A stretch of 64,000 nucleotides of DNA, the filler included, from Sanchytrium tribonematis (taxonomy: Eukaryota), in NCBI GenBank assembly GCA_018985235.1. It is 11 parts of 11 records of this genome, joined end to end, with 100 filler letters (N's around TTAATTAATTAA, not from the genome) between each part and the next. Parts side by side here need not be neighbours in the genome. Positions count along the whole stretch, not along the records: positions 52,678 to 56,652 come from JADGIG010000774.1; positions 56,753 to 60,715 come from JADGIG010000775.1; positions 60,816 to 64,000 come from JADGIG010000900.1; 8 more parts are not named here. One strand, 5' to 3'. Below, in pieces: positions 55,639 to 64,000 of this stretch (position 1 is its first letter; every line of letters starts with the position of its first letter). Position numbers and translations under genes: made by a program. Below the pieces are notes generated by a model. It searched no databases. It saw only the letters and a program-made list of their open reading frames with translations, and was not told the origin of the DNA.

Positions 55639-56481
55639 ATGGGTCTCTTCAAATCACTCGCACAACTCAGTCGATTTGATAAACCAGTAGGCACCTTGTT
55701 ATTATATATACCATGTCAATGGGGCTTATTTTGTACAAATGATCATTTATTAAAATATTCTTTATTATTTGGAATTGGTAGTTTTGCGATGCGCGGTGCT
55801 GGATGCACTATAAATGATTTATGGGATGTCAAATATGATAAACAAGTCACTAGAACTCGTAATCGACCTTTAGCAAGTCAATCCATCACTCAAAATCAAG
55901 CTATTGTTTGGGCAGGTGCTCAATCTCTAATAGGTCTCTCCGTATTGCTCCAATTACCATTTCAAACGCAATTAATTGCATTATCTAGTGTCCCACTTGT
56001 TCTGACGTATCCATTATTTAAAAGATTCACTTATTTCCCGCAATCCATTTTGGGTCTTACTTTTAATTATGGTGTTTTAGTGGGTTATTCCACGTCATTT
56101 CCAATAGATTTGAAATGTATGGGATTGTATTTGAGTGGGTGGTGTTGGACAATGGTCTATGACACGATTTATGCTCATCAAGATAAATTTGATGATTTGA
56201 AAATTGGTGTCAAATCGACTGCTTTGAAATTTGGAGAATCAAAGACGCCCTTGTACTCTTTAACTGTGGCCCAATTGGGACTATTGTGTGCTGCAGTCCC
56301 TAGTGCGTGGCAATTAAATTTGGTGGCCATGTTGTTTCAAAGTGGATTGATTTACAAAACGGATTTACAAAACACTCAATCGTGCCAGAAGGGCTTCCAA
56401 TACTCTATACTTACTGGTCTATTGATTGCATTGGGTATTTACAAGGCACATTCATCTGAAAAAGAGGAAAAAATTGAATAA
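55639..56481 (+). CDS. COQ2: 4-hydroxybenzoate polyprenyltransferase
   Basis: RFDKPVG, MRGAGCTINDLWD..D..V.RT..RPLAS, YPLFKRFT, YDTIYAHQDK.DD..IGVKSTA. Confidence 0.97.
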   Translation: MGLFKSLAQLSRFDKPVGTLLLYIPCQWGLFCTNDHLLKYSLLFGIGSFAMRGAGCTINDLWDVKYDKQVTRTRNRPLASQSITQNQAIVWAGAQSLIGLSVLLQLPFQTQLIALSSVPLVLTYPLFKRFTYFPQSILGLTFNYGVLVGYSTSFPIDLKCMGLYLSGWCWTMVYDTIYAHQDKFDDLKIGVKSTALKFGESKTPLYSLTVAQLGLLCAAVPSAWQLNLVAMLFQSGLIYKTDLQNTQSCQKGFQYSILTGLLIALGIYKAHSSEKEEKIE

Positions 56482-57311
56482 TCTTCAGAGAAATGAAATT
56501 TAATATTTTGCGCGCATCTGGTACAGACCATCAGCATCACAAGATGGACAATACAAATGTTTAAAAGCCACTTAATAAATATATTTGATTGGTCGACAAA
56601 AGCCACGTGCCGACGTCTTTTCTATATAAACAGAAGCGCGTCCCGTTTCGGGNNNNNNNNNNNNNNNNNNNNNNNNNNNNNNNNNNNNNNNNNNNNTTAA
56701 TTAATTAANNNNNNNNNNNNNNNNNNNNNNNNNNNNNNNNNNNNNNNNNNNNGTCATGATAGCGAGGTTTGTGGTTAAAACTCTTTGCCTGATTGAGTTG
56801 ATTTGATCGTCTCATATTTTGAGATTTACCATGGTGATGATTGATTGGGTGATCCATATGATTTAAAGGTGAGTGCAAGTTTGCCATATAAAATTGCAAA
56901 TCCCATTGTTTATATACTAAAATATTAATCTTGCACCAATCAAACGAGTCGCGAAGGATACAAAGCGGATAATCTGTGTGGTACTGGTAAATTGGTAAAA
57001 AGTCACCGGGTGATGAGAATTATATTCCCAAAGGAAAGTCAATGCGACAAACAATTTTGGAAACTCCATTAAATGACTAATGGCGGCAAAATACGGATAT
57101 ATTTCATCGCTTATGAGTATTAGGCGATTATTCACATATAAAGTTTAATTTGAGTCGATTCTTAAGTGGATTATCAAGACAACGGAATTATTTCAATGAT
57201 ACAGGAACTATTGGCTACTGCAAACTATTTATCTTATTAAAACTAATTTAAATAGTTTGATAACGGAATATTTGTTTCAATTTATTGGAATTTTCCGAGA
57301 ATCCATGAAAC

Positions 57312-58544
57312 ATGACCGATTGTTTGCCTGTCAAATCATGCTCAATTCAATTTGAAGAATTAGAAAACCAAAATTCCATAAGTGACAATCAAAGCGAATC
57401 TATGTTAAAAGAGAGATTTAAACAAGGCAAATCTATGCAGATTGTCAATCTTACATGGGACACGTGTAAAGATCAATTTGATATCTCCCTTGAAAAGGCA
57501 GAGTCTATGCATTTTATGGGACCTTCATTATCATTTATTTCAAATTGGAATTTTCCCAAATACATTTCTGATATTAAATCAGAGTATGATAATGAATTCG
57601 AGTTATTGATCAAATGCAACTACAGAATATCCAATTTGTCTGTGTCTTTGAAAGAAATAGAAGTTTTGGAATTGCTCTTTAGAAAAGATTCTTGCAGAAA
57701 ATATATTGAAAAGGCAGAGATAGATAAATGTACTGTTTTAGTTGTATTGCGTTTGGAGCTTTATAAAATCGAAAAGTTTACAAATCGTATACAAGACATA
57801 CAATTAAAATTAGGATTGAAACCAGAAATCAAACAATTTCCCACCACGCGTGAGCTTTACCAATTTCTTAAACTGCAATTATATGGGGAAGTAATAGATC
57901 CAAAATTACAAGAGGTAAGTGATTTTATAGATGGGATTGATATGTTACCACCAATAACTATTCCCAACGAATGGAAACAATTGAATAGGATAAGTTTAAA
58001 GCAAGCATCATTAAGTGATATGAAAAATGGCATTACTGAAAAATCACAAGCAATTGGTCAGCAGTTTTGGTTTCATGTTACCAGTAAAAGTCAGGCAGCT
58101 GCAATATCGACTTTTGGTATCATGACTCGAGTGGGGAATCGTAAAGCCGACTTTGGTCAAGGATTTTATCTTTGCGAAACATTGGTTGACGCGATATCTT
58201 ACGCTTTAAGCGAGACAAAAATAGGTGAAAAATCTATAATTCTTGTATACGATATCTCAGATATAGAAACTTATCAGGTGGGCGATGAAGAATTTAAAAA
58301 GATCCACCATTTTTTGTTCATGGATCGAAATGAATGTAGTCGCTGGATGAAACCAAACTTAAATTATAATGTCGGAGCTTTGATGGGTCCCATATCTGAG
58401 GATAATTCTAGATTTCAAGAGATTTTACGGAAAAATGAAAATATGGGTCAGCAAGTTTGTGTCAAAAATGACTTGGTCGCGTCAAAATTAAAACTGGTTG
58501 AAATTATTAGCTGGAAGAAGGAAACTGATGTCTTGGAGACATAA
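57312..58544 (+). CDS. Protein with C-terminal DUF3990-like (putative ADP-ribosyltransferase fold) domain
   Basis: WFH.T, DFGQGFYL, A..YA, GPI.ED and QQVCVK match the DUF3990 motif order. Confidence 0.6.
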   Translation: MTDCLPVKSCSIQFEELENQNSISDNQSESMLKERFKQGKSMQIVNLTWDTCKDQFDISLEKAESMHFMGPSLSFISNWNFPKYISDIKSEYDNEFELLIKCNYRISNLSVSLKEIEVLELLFRKDSCRKYIEKAEIDKCTVLVVLRLELYKIEKFTNRIQDIQLKLGLKPEIKQFPTTRELYQFLKLQLYGEVIDPKLQEVSDFIDGIDMLPPITIPNEWKQLNRISLKQASLSDMKNGITEKSQAIGQQFWFHVTSKSQAAAISTFGIMTRVGNRKADFGQGFYLCETLVDAISYALSETKIGEKSIILVYDISDIETYQVGDEEFKKIHHFLFMDRNECSRWMKPNLNYNVGALMGPISEDNSRFQEILRKNENMGQQVCVKNDLVASKLKLVEIISWKKETDVLET

Positions 58545-58719
58545 TTGATAAAGTAAAATAAATTTAAATTTGGAAATTTGATAATTTGATTACTGATAAC
58601 TGATGATTTATTCATATATTTTTGCCTTGGTAACCCGTTTTCATTTACTATATAATTTGTACATATATAAAAATTATTTTTGACGTCAAGTTGTACCTTT
58701 TGAATCAATCAGAACAAAA

Positions 58720-59610
58720 TTATCGGCGACATGCAATATTAAGGATTGGGTTCAAGTCATTATTCTCCAACATAAAATATCCAATGGTACCCAAATACGA
58801 ATGCATTGGATCTGGAAAGTCTTCAGCAGTTTTCCCAAAACCACCCATTGCACTTTGAGATTGGATTAAGAAATCTTTCAATTTTTGAATGTTAAGAAAT
58901 TCAAGACTTTTCAACATTTTCAAGGAAGCACCTACCCAAAATGAATAACAGGTATCACTTGGCTTATTCAATCTTCCATTGATTCCGCCATCTTTTTGTT
59001 GTCTCAAAATTAGCCACTTTTTTAATTTCCATTCATTTCTTGGATTTTCATTCAAGATCAATAATGATCCAATTGCACAGTAAGTGTAACCAGCGTGTGG
59101 TTCCATGTCATTCATGCTGTATCCACCTGTTAGATCCTGACAGTCATGTACAAATTTAAGGGTAAATGTCTTGATCGAGTTTAAATATTTATCTACTTGA
59201 TCAACTATGTTGTCATTCATCATTTTAAGTATTTCTAGACTAGCTAAGCAAGTGTATATAAATCTTAAGTCGTAATTTTGATCGTAGTTGTTAAATTTTC
59301 CGTAATTTAATTTAATATCAATTAGAATTCTATTGGCAGTATCATTATTAATATTCCATTTGTAATGGTATGCCATTGTGATATAGGCATAAATTCCACT
59401 GGTACTAGTAGTTTGTATCCATGGATGTGGAGATGAGGAATATTTTACAACTTCTTTTGGCAAAATGGATTCATCCTCTGATAATATAAACAATAAATTA
59501 TAAATGAATTGAACAATAGTGCTATAACTGTGAATACTTCTTTGATAAGCATTTGGCATCAATTGCAGGTGTTTTTGGCAATATTTTACAGTTTTTGCAG
59601 TTTCTAACAT
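58720..59610 (-). CDS. Protein prenyltransferase beta subunit (GGTase-I-like)
   Basis: DLRFIY, EPHAGYTYCA, RQ..DGG.NGR.NKPSDTCYSFWVGA, GGFGK....PDP.HSYLG. Confidence 0.92.
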   Translation of the reverse strand: MLETAKTVKYCQKHLQLMPNAYQRSIHSYSTIVQFIYNLLFILSEDESILPKEVVKYSSSPHPWIQTTSTSGIYAYITMAYHYKWNINNDTANRILIDIKLNYGKFNNYDQNYDLRFIYTCLASLEILKMMNDNIVDQVDKYLNSIKTFTLKFVHDCQDLTGGYSMNDMEPHAGYTYCAIGSLLILNENPRNEWKLKKWLILRQQKDGGINGRLNKPSDTCYSFWVGASLKMLKSLEFLNIQKLKDFLIQSQSAMGGFGKTAEDFPDPMHSYLGTIGYFMLENNDLNPILNIACRR

Positions 59611-59632
59611 GTTTCAAAAATATTGAAATAAT

Positions 59633-60715
59633 TTATTCGTCTTGTAAGTTTTGGTCCTTAATCCATTGAATAATCTGATGTGCATGATCATTGACCCACT
59701 TCAATTTCGCATTAGCATGTTCTAATCCTTCTTCTGCTGCCTTGTTTGCTAATGGTGGATTTGTAATATTTTTAAATCGACAATCTTTGTTGATAAACAT
59801 AGATTCAGCATCCAAAATCATAGATGGGCTAACCATAAATGATGTTATTGTTGTAATGAATCTATTAATTCCAGAAAACATACCGCCATTAAATTTATGA
59901 GACAATTTCTCATAATTATCTCTAAACCAAGTCCATGCAATCAAAGGACCCATTGGCGCGATAGAAGCTACCAAACTCATTAACCTAACGGCATCCTGAT
60001 TTCTAACATCATCACTAATACTCAAATCTAAAGTACGAACACTTAAATGGCCCTGTAAAGAAGAGGCCAAGGCAACCAACAATCTTTGTTTTTCTTGAGC
60101 AAATACACTCTTTTTGTATAATTCTAATACTTTGTAGTATTCTGGCTCATATCCATACATCACTGCTGCTTTTTGAGCAATTCCCATCAAATCAACACTC
60201 ACATCCGCATTTGCATTAAAAATCTCAAATGCTTGATCAATCACTAGCTTATCACCAACGCGAATAGCAGCATTTAATATCATATTCTGAAGTAATTTTT
60301 GAGCATGTTCGGTTTGCGTATTGTGCCAATTAAAATCTTTGCTGATATCTTTTAATAAATATCTCATGTAATATTTCAATTCGCTATAAAATGGTGAAAT
60401 TCGTAAAGCACCTTCAATCTCAGCAAATCGATTCAAAGCAGTAGACCAAACAATGTAATCTCTTTCATTCTTTAAAAATTTAGTTAATGCGAATAATCTC
60501 TCTGGGTGATCTGTTTGTCCCGTTAAAACAATAGCTAAAGCATCTTCTAAGAAACCCGCTCTGTCCATTGCACTCATGACATTTAAATCTTCTTCAAACC
60601 AGTCTTTTGCAACTTCGTACCACTCAAATGGCAATCCTACTCTATAAAATCCAGTTTGATCCACATTGCCTTTAATAATCCAATTTCCCTTGGCTTCTGG
60701 AATATGCACTTTAGT
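59633..60715 (-). CDS. M1 aminopeptidase, C-terminal ERAP1-like domain; 5'-truncated
   Basis: W.K.N..QTGFYRV, DRAG.L.DA, E.DY.VW, VRNQD, AW.WF..NY. Confidence 0.9.
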   Translation of the reverse strand, partial: TKVHIPEAKGNWIIKGNVDQTGFYRVGLPFEWYEVAKDWFEEDLNVMSAMDRAGFLEDALAIVLTGQTDHPERLFALTKFLKNERDYIVWSTALNRFAEIEGALRISPFYSELKYYMRYLLKDISKDFNWHNTQTEHAQKLLQNMILNAAIRVGDKLVIDQAFEIFNANADVSVDLMGIAQKAAVMYGYEPEYYKVLELYKKSVFAQEKQRLLVALASSLQGHLSVRTLDLSISDDVRNQDAVRLMSLVASIAPMGPLIAWTWFRDNYEKLSHKFNGGMFSGINRFITTITSFMVSPSMILDAESMFINKDCRFKNITNPPLANKAAEEGLEHANAKLKWVNDHAHQIIQWIKDQNLQDE

Positions 60716-60815
60716 NNNNNNNNNNNNNNNNNNNNNNNNNNNNNNNNNNNNNNNNNNNNTTAATTAATTAANNNNNNNNNNNNNNNNNNNNNNNNNNNNN
60801 NNNNNNNNNNNNNNN

Positions 60816-61369
60816 ACATGTAATTTGAACGGGATTTACACGGCTAGTGAAAGCACCTGTAGAATACTGACAATTGAAGAAATACTACATCCGATTGTAG
60901 CACCAACCACTGCTCTCACGACTGCAGCAAGCACCATAGGGGTGATGGCAAGTTCTGTTGAATCCATGGGCACGTTTTCTGAAGAAACAGTAGATTTGCC
61001 ATCAATGACAAAAGAGCTGACAATATTTCCATACTCATCCGATGTGGAAGACACCGAGGGTGATAACAAATTTAGTCGTACCACTCATTTAACGTAGGCA
61101 TTACTCGAACTTTTAAATCCTTTACTGAATTCAAGTCCATATTGATTTTCAACTCTACTTCCAAAGTACAATCCAATTCTACAGCCACAACTGTTATACA
61201 ACAGTATGTATGGACTGTCCAATCATTAAAGCTGTTTTGGTCTCCCATTATTACTTTAAAATTATGTTTTAGCACTTTGTTGATTGGGATGGTTTTGAGC
61301 AGAACGCCCTTCAAGAGTAATTTGAAAAGTAAGAAAAGACAAGAAATTACAATCCATCGGGCTTTTTAG
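60816..61369 (+). CDS. LRR receptor-like protein, 3' end (stalk + TM); exons ..61077 and 61098..61369
   Basis: Shares 136 bp with the downstream LRR gene; after a 20-nt intron it reads to TM ITLKLCFSTLLIGMVL and RTPFK..KSKKR. Confidence 0.82.
61078..61097 (+). other. 20-nt phase-1 intron (GTACCACTCATTTAACGTAG) before the TM exon
   Basis: The acceptor TAG is the in-frame stop; removal joins ORFs 60825..61097 and 61142..61369. Confidence 0.85.
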
Positions 61370-61438
61370 TTTGTACGAAATAAATTTGGTTAAAATGACT
61401 TTGAATTTGAAACTAGTAGGCCGAAAATATTCATTAGT

Positions 61439-63758
61439 ATGAATCTGAATGTAAAATCCATTTTAATACTTCATTTCACTACATTTACCCATATATTTGG
61501 TATATCCACAGATTGCCCAATCATTCTAGACTTTTTAAGAGGTTTAAATCTTCATTTAACAGATCCAATGATATTCCAAGGCATTCCGGGTTGGAATAGC
61601 GAAGTGCCCGCTGATTGCTGCAATTTGGCACTTCATACTGCATATGGCAATCTTGATATATCATGTACTGGCACTGGATCAAGTCAGCATGTCGCGTATT
61701 TACAGTTGGGAAATGTAAATATTAATGGGACCATTCAAAGTCAGTATATTTTACCCTACTTATTACAACTAGCTATTTACTCTACACCATTAAGTGCACC
61801 TATCCCCAGTGACTTGCCAAATACATTAAAATATTTGTATCTCCAAAATAATAAGATAAGCGGGGCAGTTCCAGAAACTCTACCCAGTCAATTGACCGAA
61901 TTACAAGTTAATGGGAATCAATTGTCGGTTTTACCGACTTCATTTCCTGTTGGTGTGACTCTATTAGCATTATATGATAACAAATTCACAAAAATGCCCG
62001 TTTTACCTCCCAATTTAATCACATTATATATTTACAATAATTTTATTTCTGACAGATTGCCGAATTCATATCCAAATACGCTGCAATGGATAGGTGCTCA
62101 AAATAATATGATTTATGGGACGATCCCGAATAACATAGCAAATACAGTCTATTATTTATATCTGGGTAATAATCAACTGCAAGGTGCGATTCCTGATATT
62201 CTACCAACTCAATTGAGATATTTTCAAGTTTCTAATAACCAATTGACCAATTGGCCAGCTTCCTTCCCTTCTGCTTTACTCTATTTGTATGTAGATGGCA
62301 ACAAATTTATAACATGGCCTAATTTACCACCGAATTTGTATGCTTTGTTTATCTTTCAGAATCTAATATATGATAAATTACCAAATTCACTCCCCAGTAC
62401 GTTGTCTTATATCGATGCATCTCATAATTTGCTATATGGCTCTATTCCAGTCCTGCCACCCGCGATTAATTACCTTGATTTGGGATATAATAATTTGGTT
62501 GGTGGGTTTCCGATTGTTCCAAACACTTTGGCATTTTTGGGATTAAATTTTAATTTATTTACAGGAAATTTGCCCAATCCATGGCCTACAGGACTAGGGG
62601 GCTTAAATATTAACCATAATTACTTTAATGGAAGTATTACGAATATCACGAAATCTGGATGGGATTTGTCGTGGAATTTGTTATCCGGAGGATTACCTAG
62701 TATTAATGTCTCACAAGGCAAATTTCCAAAACCCGTCACAGTAGAACTATCTCACAATCAATTATCTGGTGATATTGACTTGGGATATTCTACAATTAAT
62801 GATTTAAGACTAAGTTTCAACAAATTCGACAAATTTCCAAAATCATTGCCAAAATCAATCAATACACTTAAATTGGACAATAATGGAATGCCGGGCAATA
62901 TTTCTTATGATCTGCCAACTACACTCATCACCATTGACTTGTCAAACAACAATTTGACTGGCAATATCCCAAATGGCTCTAATTTCTATTTCAATGATAA
63001 TTATTTGGGTGGCAATTTGTCATTTCTAGCACCCTCTCAGCTATATTTACAGAATAACAGATTGAATGACGTGTTGATTAGCAATGCAACAGGGTTATCA
63101 AATTGTAGTTTGGCCAATAACCCAATGGCACCAGGAGTGTTTGGTAAAACATTTCAAAATCAATGCAATTTGAATGGGATTTACACGACTAGTGAAAGCA
63201 CCTGTAGAATATTGACAACTGAAGAAATACTACATCCAATTCTAGCACCAACCACTGCTCTCACGACTGCAGCAAGTACCATAGGGGTGATGGCAAGTTT
63301 GACAGCAGAATTATCAGCATCAACCCAGTCTCAAATACAATATTCCCACACTGATTCTTCCTCAATTATTACTGAAGTTACACGTACCTCAAGATTCCAT
63401 CTGGAAATCACCCCACAAATGAACTCACAAACTGTCGAAGAATTAGATAATCAATCAAATGCGATAGAATCTACTGTTAATCGTATCATCAATTCATTTA
63501 GGTCGAATTATAAAATTCACTTCAGCAACGAGTATTTTTGTAAACTCAACAATAGCGAGTTTTAAACAGGTACATGAATCCACAAAAATAGCTCCTATTG
63601 CTACAACGAAATGGGAATTCAAGTCTTACCAATTGAATGTATCGTTGATTGCTTTGTTCAAATTATGCTTTAACTTTTGCTTAATTGTTTTTATCATCAA
63701 GAGTATTGTAAAGAAAAACAAGAAACCACTCATTAAATATCAAATGAATGGATTTTAA
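61439..63758 (+). CDS. LRR receptor-like protein (signal-LRR-stalk-TM); exons 61439..63482 and 63502..63758
   Basis: Signal peptide, STDCP..CC..C cap, about 20 LRRs, S/T stalk; second exon ...LIALFKLCFNFCLIVFIIKSIVKKNKK...GF*. Confidence 0.9.
63483..63501 (+). other. 19-nt phase-1 intron (GTATCATCAATTCATTTAG) before the TM exon
   Basis: Removal bypasses TAA at 63563 and opens the frame to TAA at 63756. Confidence 0.85.
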
Positions 63759-64000
63759 AAAAGTAAAATTTGATTTATTCTCCCATTTTGATGTAAAATA
63801 TCACTTTAGGATGCTCTATTTGATATGTGATACTGCAAACACCACATAATGACTCTATAGCACCTTGTAATAACCCACACGCAAATTCAATATACTGCGT
63901 ATTATTCATTTGAATCGTATGAATCCATTTAAATTCATGATCTTCTAAAATAAAGGTATTCTTTCTATCTGTTTTTAAATGGGTGATATTCTTTTTAAAT

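Noticed and set aside
494..61314. Many short antisense or alternate-frame ORFs in the track (e.g. 494..781, 9662..9922, 12728..13141, 30735..31169, 54253..54612)
   Set aside because: They overlap well-supported genes and have no recognisable motifs.
1..64000. Non-standard genetic code (TAA/TAG = Gln)
   Set aside because: Conserved proteins are uninterrupted in the standard code and end at TAA or TAG at the expected positions.

Overview
AT-rich, very gene-dense eukaryotic DNA made of 11 contigs joined by artificial 100-nt N/TTAATTAATTAA/N linkers. The gene content (PP2A-A, NOL6, GlnRS, UBE2O, Chs7, GDE1, BRO1, NFU1, Miro, URA3, COQ2, etc.) points to an early-diverging fungus or relative using the standard code. 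The compaction and LRR expansion resemble sanchytrids or aphelids, but that assignment is inference. The main observation is nine GT..AG introns of only 19-20 nt, each of which exactly repairs a broken reading frame. Five of them are phase-1 introns at an equivalent place in a family of signal peptide-LRR-Ser/Thr stalk-TM receptor-like genes, just upstream of the membrane anchor. Retaining such an intron would give a secreted LRR ectodomain and splicing it would give a membrane-bound form, so this is a candidate micro-intron switch (hypothesis; needs RNA data). The window also holds a pogo-like TIR transposon next to a Ty3/gypsy integrase relic, a DUF3990-like gene, an LtaS/sulfatase-like gene and an S28/subtilisin chimeric junction.
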